A DNA stretch of 64,000 nt from Tagaea sp. (GTDB taxonomy: Bacteria > Pseudomonadota > Alphaproteobacteria > CACIAM-22H2): assembly GCA_965279525.1 (NCBI GenBank), contig CBDIIB010000004.1, positions 192,001 to 256,000 on the forward strand, written 5' to 3'. The translations under genes and the position numbers were made by a program. Shown here one piece after another: positions 28,306 through 38,200 of the stretch. Numbering within the stretch: the stretch's first letter is position 1; every line of letters begins with the position of its first letter. The notes below the pieces were generated by a model, which was given only the letters and a program-made list of their open reading frames with translations, was not told where the DNA came from and made no database searches.

Positions 28306-29666
28306 GGCGCGGACAGGCTCTCGAACAGGACCTGGACGCGCGCGGCGCAGTGGAAGCCCTGGCAGCGCCCGAACATCGCGCGCGTGCGCCGCTTCAGCGC
28401 CTTGAGCGAGCGCGGGGCGAGCGGCGAGGCCATCGCGTCGCGGATCTCGCCCTTCGTGATGCCTTCGCAATGGCAGATGATCTCGCCATATGCCGGATCG
28501 TCGGAACTCTGCCAGGGCCGCGCATCGCCGGCCCGCAGGCTGGGGACGCGCACCGGCACCGTCGCGGCCTTGCGTGTCGCACGTTTCATTTCGGGGAGCA
28601 CGAGGCCGGCGACGTGCTCAGCGATCCCGAGGGCACCGGACAGACCGGTCGAGCGGATGCCCCCGACCGTCACCCAGTTTTCCGCGACGCGCGGGATGAT
28701 CCTGTATTCTGGCCTTTCCGTCCCGGGTCGCACGCCGCAATAGGTCGCGGTGATTTCGTGTCCGGCGAGTGCGGGCAGGATCCGGTGTGCCGCTTCGACA
28801 AGCGTGGCCAGGCCCTCACGCGTCGTGCGCCAGTCGTCCGGATCGTCGATCTCCTCGGCGGTCGGACCGACGAGAATGTTTCCGAAAATCGTCGGCGCCA
28901 TCAGGATGCCGCGATAGGTGGGCGAGGGGACCGGCTTCACGATCACGTCGAGGAGCGGGCGTGCGCTCTTGTCGTAGACGAGGAACTGGCCGCGACGCGG
29001 CCGGCCGACGAAATCCGCATATCCGGCCATCGTCTCGACCCGGTCGGCCCACAGGCCGGCGCAGTTGACGACCATGCCGGCCAAGACCGGTCCGTGCGGC
29101 GTTTCGAGTGCCCATCCGCCTTCGCCGCGCGTCGCCGCCGTGACGGGTGACGACGCGCGGAATTCGACGCCGTTGGCGATCGCGTCGAGCGCGTAGGCAT
29201 AGGGCGTGGAAAACGGATCGACGAGGCCTTCGTCGGGCTCCCAGATGGCGCCACAAGCGCCGGGCGCAAGGTCGGGCGCACGCGCATAGATCCCGTCGGG
29301 ACCGACGAGCGATCCCGAGCCGAAGCCGGCGGCGAGCATCTCGTCGTGCATGGTGTGGAGCCGGCGCATCTCGTCTTCGCTCCATGCGACGGTCAGGCTG
29401 CCGGTCGCAAGGAACGGCAGGCCCATCGACGGCGCTTCGGCGAGATAGCGCGCGTGGCCGCGCGTGACGAGCCGGCATTCGAGCGTGCCGAACGGCGTGT
29501 CGGCCCCGGTCGACAGGATGGCGGAGTTTCCCTTGCTCGCCCCGTCGCCAAGATCGCTGCGCGCCTCGATCAGGATCGTGCGCATGTCGTAGCGCGAGAA
29601 TTCGCGCGCGATGGCACAGCCGACCACGCCGGCGCCAACGATGGCGATGTCGTAGCGCCCGTTCAT
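28302..29666 (-). CDS. GlpA/LhgO-like FAD-dependent dehydrogenase with C-terminal BFD-like [2Fe-2S] domain
   Basis: GAGVVG, ASKGNSAIL, GIRSTGLS; C-terminal ICHCEGITKGEI...KRRTRAMFGRCQGFHC. Confidence 0.88.
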   Translation of the reverse strand: MNGRYDIAIVGAGVVGCAIAREFSRYDMRTILIEARSDLGDGASKGNSAILSTGADTPFGTLECRLVTRGHARYLAEAPSMGLPFLATGSLTVAWSEDEMRRLHTMHDEMLAAGFGSGSLVGPDGIYARAPDLAPGACGAIWEPDEGLVDPFSTPYAYALDAIANGVEFRASSPVTAATRGEGGWALETPHGPVLAGMVVNCAGLWADRVETMAGYADFVGRPRRGQFLVYDKSARPLLDVIVKPVPSPTYRGILMAPTIFGNILVGPTAEEIDDPDDWRTTREGLATLVEAAHRILPALAGHEITATYCGVRPGTERPEYRIIPRVAENWVTVGGIRSTGLSGALGIAEHVAGLVLPEMKRATRKAATVPVRVPSLRAGDARPWQSSDDPAYGEIICHCEGITKGEIRDAMASPLAPRSLKALKRRTRAMFGRCQGFHCAARVQVLFESLSAP

Positions 29667-30496
29667 TCCGGCATCGCGTCGATGCGCTTCCAGCACAGGG
29701 CCGAATATTCCTCGAGATCGCCGCGCACGCCGACGAAATGGCGCTGCGTTTCGCACCACAGCACCTCGCGAAGCGCCATGACCGGTTCGAGCGCCCGGAC
29801 AAGTTCGAGTTCGACGCCGCCATGGGCGTCGACGAAAAGTGCCGCCTGCCGCGCGTCGAGGGCGAAATTCATCACGACCGCCGCGACATCGACCGCCGGA
29901 TCGCCGCGCCCAGCATATTCCCAGTCGACGATCGCGAGGCTGTCTTGTGCGACGATCACGTTTTCCGGGATCAGGTCGGCGTGGATGAGTGTGCGGTCCG
30001 TCAGCCGCGGTGTTGCGGCAAGGATGCCGGCCGCGCGCGCGAGGCTGCGGGCCGGCAGCGTGCCGCCCGGCAGGGCGGCAAGATAGCCCCGGCAGATGTC
30101 GACCGGATCGAAAGGCGGAAGGTCGGCCGGTGCCGGTCTGCCGAAAAGCCGGCCAAGCGCCTGCGCGAGGCGGACCAGCACGTCGTCGCCGACCGGCTGG
30201 CCCTGCACGAGCGTGACGCCCGGGACGAATTCGGTGACGAGGATGCCGTCGCCGGCGTGCAGCACCGGCGGCGAGACGCCCGCCGCGGCCGCGAGGCCGA
30301 TGCAGCGGATCTCGGTCTTCCGGCTGATGTTGTGGTGCGGGAGATCGACGCCGATCCTTGCGAAATACGTGCGCCCGCCGGCATCGACGCGGAAATTCTC
30401 GTTCGTGCGCCCGCCCGGGATCGGCGCGAATGCCGGGGGTGCGGGCCAGATCGACAGGGCGGCCAGCCTTGCAAGGGAACCGGCGTCGCCCGTCAT
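29663..30496 (-). CDS. Choline/ethanolamine kinase (APH-like) family phosphotransferase
   Basis: GGRTNENF glycine loop, Brenner motif HADLIPEN, VDWEYAG, DP. Confidence 0.88.
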   Translation of the reverse strand: MTGDAGSLARLAALSIWPAPPAFAPIPGGRTNENFRVDAGGRTYFARIGVDLPHHNISRKTEIRCIGLAAAAGVSPPVLHAGDGILVTEFVPGVTLVQGQPVGDDVLVRLAQALGRLFGRPAPADLPPFDPVDICRGYLAALPGGTLPARSLARAAGILAATPRLTDRTLIHADLIPENVIVAQDSLAIVDWEYAGRGDPAVDVAAVVMNFALDARQAALFVDAHGGVELELVRALEPVMALREVLWCETQRHFVGVRGDLEEYSALCWKRIDAMPE

Positions 30497-31290
30497 GTCC
30501 GCGCCTCGACCACCGATACGCCGGCGGCCTTGAGGTCGGCACCCTGTCCGGCGGGAAGGGAGTCGGTGACGAGGACGTCGATATCTGCCACCGGAATCCC
30601 CGACATGCGCGCGTTCCAGCCGAATTTCCGGCCGGTCACCATCGCCACGCAATGGCGCGCGCGCGCGACCATCTTGCGCGCGATGCTGGCGTCGTCGGCG
30701 TTGGTGTAGCTCATGCCTTCTTCGACGCTGAAGGCATCGGCCGACAGGATCGCGCGATCGGCACTGAACTGCTCGAGCATCGTCTCGGCGATCGGCCCGC
30801 CGGTCGCCAGCGACGTGCGGCGCATGAGGCCGCCCAGCAGGCAGACGGTGATGCGCGGGTTCTCGATCAGGATATGGGCGACGTTCACTGCCGAGACGAC
30901 GACGAAAAGCTCCAGCCCGGACGCCGCGAGCTCGCGGGCGAATGCCGCGACGGTCGAACCGTCGTTGAGGAAGACCGTCTCGCCGTTTCTGACGAGCGGC
31001 AGGGTCGCGCGCGCGACGGCCTGCTTCTCTTCGACGTCCTTGCGCTCGCGGATCGCGAAGGCTTCCTCGGCCGGGCGCGATGACGGCGCCGTGGCGCCGC
31101 CATAGCCGCGCACGGCGATGCCTTCGCGCGCCAGCACGTCGAGATCGCGCCGGATCGTGGCGCTCGAAGCACCGAGGATGTCGCTGAGGTCGGCCACCGA
31201 AACGGCGCCGCGCAGGGCAAGTTCACGCCGCAGGAGGGCACGGCGGGCGATCGGATTGCGGCGGGTGGCGGGAGTGATGCTGCCTGTCAT
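30493..31290 (-). CDS. DeoR/GlpR family transcriptional regulator
   Basis: SSATIRRDLDVL HTH, RGYGGA, FLNDGST, LLGG. Confidence 0.93.
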   Translation of the reverse strand: MTGSITPATRRNPIARRALLRRELALRGAVSVADLSDILGASSATIRRDLDVLAREGIAVRGYGGATAPSSRPAEEAFAIRERKDVEEKQAVARATLPLVRNGETVFLNDGSTVAAFARELAASGLELFVVVSAVNVAHILIENPRITVCLLGGLMRRTSLATGGPIAETMLEQFSADRAILSADAFSVEEGMSYTNADDASIARKMVARARHCVAMVTGRKFGWNARMSGIPVADIDVLVTDSLPAGQGADLKAAGVSVVEART

Positions 31291-31319
31291 GCCAACAGGA
31301 TAACGTGACGGAAATCGAA

Positions 31320-31351
31320 ATCAATCACTAAACGACATATATTTGATTGAT
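31320..31351. promoter_or_regulatory. Inverted repeat in the AT-rich divergent promoter; candidate DeoR operator
   Basis: ATCAATCA-N16-TGATTGAT between the divergent deoR and G1PDH genes. Confidence 0.5.
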
Positions 31352-31387
31352 ATTGAAATAAGGAATTGGCTAGGGTCAAGGACTTGG

Positions 31388-32701
31388 ATGAAGGGGCGGA
31401 TATTGGAGTCATCGCAGAACGACCTGATCGCACGGCTTCTGGCAGGGACCTGCGCCGATCCGGATGGCGGCGCGAACCTGGCCGTCGCCACGCGGCGTGT
31501 GGTCATCGCACCGTCGCTCGCGGACGATCTCCCGGCGTGTCTCGACGGCTTGCCGCTCGGCCGGAAACTCGCGGTGGTCAGCGACCCGACGACGCACCGC
31601 GTGCTGGGTGCCGCGGTCGAGCGTGCGCTGGCCGGACGCTGGTCCGTCGCCGGCATCCGTCTTGAAGATGCGCCGCATGCCGACGAAGGGACGGTCGCGA
31701 AGCTCGTCGAAGCGACGCAAGGTGCGGACGCGCTTGTCGCCGTCGGTTCGGGCACGATCAACGACATCTGCAAGTACGCCGCCACGCGCGCCGGCAAGCC
31801 CTATGTCGCGTTCGCGACGGCACCGTCGATGAACGGTTACGTGTCGACGAGTGCGGCGATCACCGTCCACGGCCACAAGAAGTCGCTCCCGGCACAAGCA
31901 CCACTCGCGGTGTTCCTCGATCTTTCGATCATGGCGGCGGCACCGCCGCGGATGATCCGCTCGGGGCTTGGCGACAGCCTTTGCCGGTCGACGGCACAGG
32001 CGGACTGGCTGCTTGCCCATCGCCTTCTTGGCCAGCCTTACAGGACGATGCCCTTCGCACTTCTGGCCGACGACGAGGACGCGCTGTTCGCGCAGTCCGG
32101 CGCGCTGATGCGCGGCGATCTGGGTGCGATGGAGCGGCTGGTCCGTACCTTGATCCTGTCAGGTTTCGGCACGGCGATCTGCGGCAGCAGCCATGCGGCA
32201 AGCCAGGGCGAGCACCTGATCAGTCACTATGCCGACATGCTCGGCGATCCTGAATGGCCGCCGGCATTTCACGGCGAACAGGTCGGCGTCGCGACGCTGA
32301 CGATGGCACGGCTGCAGGAGCGACTTCTCGGCGAAAGCACGCTTCGTGTCGAGGCGGACACGTCCGAGCGCACGACGCTCCTCGATATCTTCGGCGAAGA
32401 CATCGGTGGCGAATGCTGGAACGACTTCAGGAAAAAGCGCTTCGACAGGCGCAAGGCCGCCGAGATCAACGAAGTCCTTGCCGGTAGCTGGGATTCCATC
32501 CGGGCGGAGATCGCCACCGTCATCCGTCCGGCGGCGGAACTCGACGCGGTCCTCGAGCGGGCGGGCGCACCCCGGACGGCGGCCGAGTTGGGCTGGCCGC
32601 GCGATTTCTATGCGCAGGCCGTCGCGAACGCACGTCTGATCCGCAACCGATACACCTTCCTCGACCTTGGTGCCGGTGCCGGTTTGCCGCTCGATCCTTA
32701 A
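31388..32701 (+). CDS. sn-glycerol-1-phosphate dehydrogenase family protein (AraM/EgsA-like)
   Basis: AVGSGTINDICKY, TAPSMNGYVS, GLGD, ASQGEHLISHY, HGEQVG. Alternative TTG start at 31403. Confidence 0.85.
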   Translation: MKGRILESSQNDLIARLLAGTCADPDGGANLAVATRRVVIAPSLADDLPACLDGLPLGRKLAVVSDPTTHRVLGAAVERALAGRWSVAGIRLEDAPHADEGTVAKLVEATQGADALVAVGSGTINDICKYAATRAGKPYVAFATAPSMNGYVSTSAAITVHGHKKSLPAQAPLAVFLDLSIMAAAPPRMIRSGLGDSLCRSTAQADWLLAHRLLGQPYRTMPFALLADDEDALFAQSGALMRGDLGAMERLVRTLILSGFGTAICGSSHAASQGEHLISHYADMLGDPEWPPAFHGEQVGVATLTMARLQERLLGESTLRVEADTSERTTLLDIFGEDIGGECWNDFRKKRFDRRKAAEINEVLAGSWDSIRAEIATVIRPAAELDAVLERAGAPRTAAELGWPRDFYAQAVANARLIRNRYTFLDLGAGAGLPLDP

Positions 32702-32719
32702 GGCCATCTGCGTCCGGAC

Positions 32720-32750
32720 TTGACCTTGCCGTGGCGGCAAGGCGCATGCC
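32720..32750 (+). promoter_or_regulatory. MerR-type (CueR) promoter/operator of copA
   Basis: -35 TTGACC overlapping dyad CCTTGCCG-TGG-CGGCAAGG (32724-32742), the same geometry as the E. coli copA CueR box; -10 element weak. Confidence 0.8.
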
Positions 32751-32776
32751 TGCTAGGGTGCAATCCGGAGACAGAG

Positions 32777-35080
32777 ATGACCGCCACGCCCAGTTCCGCA
32801 ATTCCCGTCGAAACGCGCGAGTTCGCCATCTCCGGCATGACCTGCGCGTCGTGTGTCTCGCGCGTCGAGAAGACGATCGGCGCCGTCGCGGGCGTTTCCA
32901 AAGTGGCGGTCAATCTCGCGACGGAGCGCGCGACGGTCACCTCGCAGGTCGGCAAACTCGCCGCCGGTGCCGTCGAAGCCGCGACCGAGCGGGCGGGCTA
33001 CGATGCGCGTCTCCTCGACGACAAGGCCGCCACGGATCGCGTGCAGGACGCGAAGACGGTCGAACTCGAGGCCTTGCGTCGTGCGACGATCTTCTCGGGT
33101 GTCCTGACGGCACCGATCTTCGTCGTCGAGATGGGCGGGCACGCAATCCCGGCGATACATGACTGGGTCGGCATCCTGTTCGGCCATGGCGGGCTGGACA
33201 TCGCCTTCTTCGTCCTGGCGACGATCGTGCTTTTCGGACCCGGACTGCGCTTCCACACCAAAGGCCTGCCGAACCTGCTGCGCGGCACGCCCGACATGAA
33301 CTCGCTTGTGTCGATCGGCACGTTGAGCGCTTACGGATACTCGGTCGTCGCGACGTTCGCGCGCCACCTGCTGCCGGCCGGAACCGCCAACGTCTATTAC
33401 GAGGCGTCGGTCGTCATCGTCACGCTGATCCTCGCGGGCCGCTACCTCGAAGCGCTCAGCCGCGGCCGGACGAGCGCCGCGATCCGCCGGCTGGTCGGCC
33501 TGCAGCCGAAGACGGCACGCCGCGTGCGCGACGGCGTGGTCGCCGACGTGCCGCTGTCGGATATCCAGGTCGGCGACCGCGTGCAGGTCAGGCCCGGCGA
33601 GCGCGTACCGGTCGACGGCACGGTGATCGAGGGGCGCTCGCATGTCGACGAGTCAATGATTTCCGGCGAGCCGGTTCCGGTCCTGAAATCGGCCGGGTCC
33701 GACGTCGTCGGCGGCACCGTCAACACGACCGGAAGCTTCGTGGCAAAGGCGACCCGCGTGGGTGCCGACACGCTGCTGGCACAGATCGTCCGGATGGTCG
33801 AGAGTGCGCAGGGTGCGAAACTTCCGATCCAGTCGCTGGTCGACCGGATCACGGCGTATTTCGTTCCCGCCGTGCTTGCCGTCGCGGCGGTTACATTCTC
33901 CGTCTGGTGGCAGTTTGGACCGGAACCGGCGCTGGCATTCGGGCTGGCAAACGCCGTCGCCGTCCTGATCGTCGCATGCCCGTGTGCGATGGGTCTTGCG
34001 ACGCCGACCTCGATCATGGTCGGGACGGGGCGTGCCGCGGAACTCGGCATCCTTTTCAGGCGCGGAGACGCGCTTGAAGCCCTTCGCCGCGTCGCGACGA
34101 TCGCATTCGACAAGACAGGCACGTTGACGATGGGCGGACCGGCGCTGACCGACCTTGTCGTCGCGGAAGGGTTCGAGCGCGACGATGTCCTTCGTCTTGT
34201 CGCGTCGGTCGAAGCGCTTTCCGAGCATCCCGTCGCCGCGGCCATTGCCCGGAGCGCGCGCGATGCGGGGTTGGCGCTTTCGTCCGTGCAAGGGTTCGAA
34301 GCCCTGGCCGGCTACGGCGTGACGGCGCGCACCGACGGCCGCCAGGTCGCGGTCGGTGCCGACCGGTACATGCAGCGACTTGGCCTCGACGTCGCGGCAT
34401 TCTCGGGCGCCGCAGCGGCGCTTGCCGCTTCTGGCAGGTCGCCGCTTTACGCCTCGATCGACGGTGTCCTTGCCGGGCTTATCGCGGTGTCCGATCCGCT
34501 GCGCCCGACCAGCCGGGCCGCAATCGCGGCCTTGAAAAAGCTGGGGCTGCGCACCGTGATGATTTCGGGCGACAACAAGGCGACTGCAGGGGCTGTCGCG
34601 GCCGAGCTCGGCATCGACGAGGTCCATGCCGAGATCCTGCCGGCCGGAAAGCTCGATGTGCTGAAATCGCTGCATGCGGGCGGCGGGCCGGTGGCGTTCG
34701 TCGGCGACGGCATCAACGACGCGCCGGCACTGGCACAGGCCGATGTCGGTATCGCGGTCGGATCGGGCACGGATATCGCCATCGAAAGCGCCGACGTGGT
34801 GCTGATGTCGAGCGATCTGCGCGTGGTCGTGGCGGCGATCTCGCTTTCGAAGGCGACCATGCGCAACATCGAGCAGAATCTCTTCTGGGCATTCGCCTAC
34901 AACGTCGCCTTGATCCCGCTTGCCGCCGGCGCGCTCTATCCGCACTTCGGCGTGCTGCTGTCGCCGATGATCGCGGCCGGTGCGATGGCGATGTCGAGCC
35001 TGTTCGTCCTGTCGAACGCGCTGCGTCTGCGCCGTTTCGCGCCGCCGGCGCCCTCGCGCGCGCAGAGCGAAGTGGGCTAG
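32777..35080 (+). CDS. copA: Cu(I)-translocating P1B-type ATPase
   Basis: GMTCASC HMA domain, [24 protein letters not shown] and MAMSS Cu(I) signature. Confidence 0.95.
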   Translation: MTATPSSAIPVETREFAISGMTCASCVSRVEKTIGAVAGVSKVAVNLATERATVTSQVGKLAAGAVEAATERAGYDARLLDDKAATDRVQDAKTVELEALRRATIFSGVLTAPIFVVEMGGHAIPAIHDWVGILFGHGGLDIAFFVLATIVLFGPGLRFHTKGLPNLLRGTPDMNSLVSIGTLSAYGYSVVATFARHLLPAGTANVYYEASVVIVTLILAGRYLEALSRGRTSAAIRRLVGLQPKTARRVRDGVVADVPLSDIQVGDRVQVRPGERVPVDGTVIEGRSHVDESMISGEPVPVLKSAGSDVVGGTVNTTGSFVAKATRVGADTLLAQIVRMVESAQGAKLPIQSLVDRITAYFVPAVLAVAAVTFSVWWQFGPEPALAFGLANAVAVLIVACPCAMGLATPTSIMVGTGRAAELGILFRRGDALEALRRVATIAFDKTGTLTMGGPALTDLVVAEGFERDDVLRLVASVEALSEHPVAAAIARSARDAGLALSSVQGFEALAGYGVTARTDGRQVAVGADRYMQRLGLDVAAFSGAAAALAASGRSPLYASIDGVLAGLIAVSDPLRPTSRAAIAALKKLGLRTVMISGDNKATAGAVAAELGIDEVHAEILPAGKLDVLKSLHAGGGPVAFVGDGINDAPALAQADVGIAVGSGTDIAIESADVVLMSSDLRVVVAAISLSKATMRNIEQNLFWAFAYNVALIPLAAGALYPHFGVLLSPMIAAGAMAMSSLFVLSNALRLRRFAPPAPSRAQSEVG

Positions 35081-35089
35081 TCTGTACGG

Positions 35090-36571
35090 ATGCACGCTCC
35101 TCCCATCGCGTTCGACAACGCCTATGCGAAACTTCCGTCGCAGTTCCATGCACGGCTTGCGCCGACCCCCGTCGCCGCGCCCCGGCTGCTGCGGCTCAAT
35201 CTGCCGCTTGCCGACGAGCTGGGGCTCGATGCGAAATGGCTAAGCGGGCCGGATGGCGTCGCGATGCTTGCCGGAAACCGGATGCCCGAGGGTGCCGACC
35301 CGCTGGCGATGGTCTATGCCGGGCACCAGTTCGGCCATTGGGTTCCGCAACTGGGCGACGGACGGGCGATCCTGCTGGGCGAGGTGCGGGACCGCGACGG
35401 GATGCGACGGGAAATCCAGCTCAAGGGCTCAGGGCGCACGCCGTTTTCGCGCTCGGGCGACGGACGTGCGGCCATCGGTCCGGTCTTGCGCGAATACATC
35501 GTCAGCGAGGCGATGGCGGCATTGGGTATCCGTACGACGCGCTCGCTTGCGGCTGTCGCGACCGGGGAGCGGGTCTATCGGGAAAGCGTGTTGCCCGGGG
35601 CGATCCTGACTCGGGTCGCGCGCAGCCATGTCCGGGTCGGCACGTTCCAGTTTTTCGCCGCGCGCGGCGACGTCGCCTCCTTGCGCCAGCTCGCCGACCA
35701 CGCCATCGCAAGTCTCGTCCCGGATGCGGTCACTGCGAGCGAGCCCTACCGCGCGTTTCTCGAGGCGACCGTCGCTCGGACCGCCGATCTGATCGCCAGC
35801 TGGCAGCTCGTCGGATTCATCCATGGCGTGATGAACACCGATAACATGTCGATTGCCGGCGAGACGATCGACTACGGTCCCTGCGCGTTCATGGACACGT
35901 ACCATCCCGGAACCGTCTTCAGTTCCATCGACAGCGGCGGGCGCTATGCCTATGCCAACCAGCCGCGGATCGCGCACTGGAATCTTGCCCAGCTCGCGCA
36001 ATCGCTTCTGCCGCTGCTCGGCGCGGACGAGGGGGCGGCAGTCGAAGCGGCCCAGGCGGCGATCGACGCGTTCCCCGACAGGTTCGAAGAGTCGTTCGTT
36101 GCCGGCCTGCGCCGCAAGCTCGGGCTCGCTACGGCGCGCGAAGGCGATGCGGCACTTGCGCAGGATTTCCTCGACTGCATGGCCGCGCAGTCGGCGGACT
36201 TCACGCTGACCTTCCGGCATCTGTGCGATGCAGGTTCTGCGGATGCGTCTGCTGACGGTCAGGTGCGCGCGCAGTTCGCCGATCCGGCGGCATTCGACGG
36301 GTGGGTGGCGAACTGGCGCCTGCGACTTGCCGAGGAGGCTTCGGTCGATGTCGAGCGGCAGGCTTTGATGCGCCGGTCCAATCCGGCCTTCATTCCGCGC
36401 AACCACCGTGTCGCGGCTGCGCTCGATGCGGCCGAAGCGGGCGATGAAGGCCCGCTCGACGAACTGCTGGCCGTCCTGTCGAAACCTTACGACGACCAGC
36501 CGGCCTACGCGGCCTATGCCGACCCGCCGAAGCCCGATGAGGTCGTCCAGGCGACGTTCTGCGGAACCTGA
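35090..36571 (+). CDS. selO: Protein adenylyltransferase SelO (YdiU)
   Basis: [44 protein letters not shown]-terminal TFCGT. Confidence 0.95.
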   Translation: MHAPPIAFDNAYAKLPSQFHARLAPTPVAAPRLLRLNLPLADELGLDAKWLSGPDGVAMLAGNRMPEGADPLAMVYAGHQFGHWVPQLGDGRAILLGEVRDRDGMRREIQLKGSGRTPFSRSGDGRAAIGPVLREYIVSEAMAALGIRTTRSLAAVATGERVYRESVLPGAILTRVARSHVRVGTFQFFAARGDVASLRQLADHAIASLVPDAVTASEPYRAFLEATVARTADLIASWQLVGFIHGVMNTDNMSIAGETIDYGPCAFMDTYHPGTVFSSIDSGGRYAYANQPRIAHWNLAQLAQSLLPLLGADEGAAVEAAQAAIDAFPDRFEESFVAGLRRKLGLATAREGDAALAQDFLDCMAAQSADFTLTFRHLCDAGSADASADGQVRAQFADPAAFDGWVANWRLRLAEEASVDVERQALMRRSNPAFIPRNHRVAAALDAAEAGDEGPLDELLAVLSKPYDDQPAYAAYADPPKPDEVVQATFCGT

Positions 36572-36572
36572 T

Positions 36573-37271
36573 ATGGACCATCCGACCGACCTGGCGATCG
36601 CCGCAGGCTCCGACATGCTCGGACTTGCCTTTGCCCTTTTCCTGGCGGGCCTTGCCGGCGGCTTCACGCATTGTGCCGCGATGTGCGGGCCATTTGTCGT
36701 GGCACAGTCGCTTGCGAGGATCGAGGGCCTGGGCATCGAGCGCCTGAAGGGGCTGCTACTGGCGCCGTACCATTTGGGGCGTGCGACCAGCTACATCGGG
36801 ATCGGTGCGGCGCTCGGTGCAGTCGGTGGTGCGGTGTCTGGACTGACGGGGCTGGATTACGTCCTTGCGGCATTCCTCGTTCTGGCGGCAGGTCTTTTCG
36901 TGCTTCAGGCGATGGGACGTGCCCCGTCGGGTGGCGGTGCCGTCGGGCGGTGGGTCGCAGCATGCGTGCGCCCGCTCGTCGCGACACCGACAGGGATCAG
37001 GGGCTATGCGCTTGGTGTCGGACTTGGATTCCTGCCGTGCGGATTTCTTTACGGCGCATTCGCTGCCGCTGCAGGCAGCGGTGGCGTCGTGCAGGGAGCG
37101 GTCGCCATGTCGGGCTTCGTCGCCGGCACGTTGCCGGCCCTGCTCGTCGTCCAGTTCGCCGGCGCGATGGCTGCCCGGCGCTGGCGAACGGCACTTGGCG
37201 CGCTCGCACCATTGCTGATGATGTTCAACGCGGCAGCATTGCTGCTGATCGCCTGGCGGCTGGTCAGCTAG
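36573..37271 (+). CDS. DsbD_2 / TauE-SafE family membrane protein
   Basis: HCAAMCG, YHLGRATSY and GFLPCG motifs; family often found next to cbb3 oxidase and copper genes. Confidence 0.85.
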   Translation: MDHPTDLAIAAGSDMLGLAFALFLAGLAGGFTHCAAMCGPFVVAQSLARIEGLGIERLKGLLLAPYHLGRATSYIGIGAALGAVGGAVSGLTGLDYVLAAFLVLAAGLFVLQAMGRAPSGGGAVGRWVAACVRPLVATPTGIRGYALGVGLGFLPCGFLYGAFAAAAGSGGVVQGAVAMSGFVAGTLPALLVVQFAGAMAARRWRTALGALAPLLMMFNAAALLLIAWRLVS

Positions 37272-38055
37272 GTTCGGGAATTTCCACGAGATCCTTGTAG
37301 CAGTGCCATGTCGCGTGGCCGATCAGCGGCATCGTGACGGCGAGGCCGAGGAAGAACGGCAGCATTCCGAAGAACGTGAATGCGCAGATCAGCACGGCCC
37401 ACAGCGCCATCGGCTTGAAATTCTCGCGAACGGCGACGAACGACGTGGCGATCGCGACCCAGACGGGCGTCTCCGGCCGGTCCAGCAGCATCGGGATCGA
37501 CACGGCGGAGATCGCGAACACGACGGCGGCAAGCACGAACCCGATGGCCGTGCCGACGACCAGGAAGGGCAGGGACGCCGGCGAGAAAAGCGTCATGTCG
37601 ACCAGATCCTGCAGAGTGCCGCGCGGACTGCCGAAGAACAGCGCGAACAGCAGCATCGCCATGCGCGTCCAGAACAGATTGATGAGCATCAGCACGAAGC
37701 CCATGTAGGCCATGTGCTCGGGGTTCGCCCGGTAGGCGGCAAGCGAGGTGCCGACCGACGGTGTTCTCCCGATGCCGATCAGCCGGCTCGCTTCGTAGAG
37801 ACCGACCGCCAGCAGCGGGGCCAGCAAAAGGAACCCGGCGGCAAGTGGCAAAAGAAGGTACAGTGACTCGGTCGCGACGAGAAAAAGAGCAATGGCGTAG
37901 CTCGCGCCGACAAACGCGGCACCGTAAGCGAGGCTGACCTTGGGGGCGGCCTGGAAATCGGCCCATCCCCGCGCCAGCCAGACCCAAGGTCTATCCAGAG
38001 CCGTTTTTCGAATATAGGGGGTCGGCCCCCTAAATACCGGTACTGCTTGGCTCAT
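37264..38055 (-). CDS. DUF2189 family membrane protein
   Basis: PWVWLARGWADF, AVGLYEASR, SAVSIPMLLDR, PLIGHATWHCY; divergent from ccoN. Confidence 0.85.
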   Translation of the reverse strand: MSQAVPVFRGPTPYIRKTALDRPWVWLARGWADFQAAPKVSLAYGAAFVGASYAIALFLVATESLYLLLPLAAGFLLLAPLLAVGLYEASRLIGIGRTPSVGTSLAAYRANPEHMAYMGFVLMLINLFWTRMAMLLFALFFGSPRGTLQDLVDMTLFSPASLPFLVVGTAIGFVLAAVVFAISAVSIPMLLDRPETPVWVAIATSFVAVRENFKPMALWAVLICAFTFFGMLPFFLGLAVTMPLIGHATWHCYKDLVEIPEPS

Positions 38056-38106
38056 TCTGGTCCTCCCGAGCGGCCAAGTTGTCGCATTGAACCGACCGCG
38101 TTCGCC

Positions 38107-38120
38107 TTGATTTGCATCAA
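38107..38120. promoter_or_regulatory. FNR/FixK (anaerobox) binding site
   Basis: Perfect TTGAT-TTGC-ATCAA upstream of ccoN; CATAGT at 38143-38148 fits class II (-41.5) geometry. Confidence 0.9.
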
Positions 38121-38200
38121 TGTCGCATCGATCGCCAAAGACCATAGTGCACTGCAGTAAGAACGAGTCCGGGGCAAGTCTAGAACACTGAGGGGGTCCA

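Noticed and set aside
35090-36571. Possible selenocysteine recoding in selO
   Set aside because: The ORF ends TFCGT-stop with Cys; the next gene starts 1 bp after the TGA and no SECIS-like element was seen.
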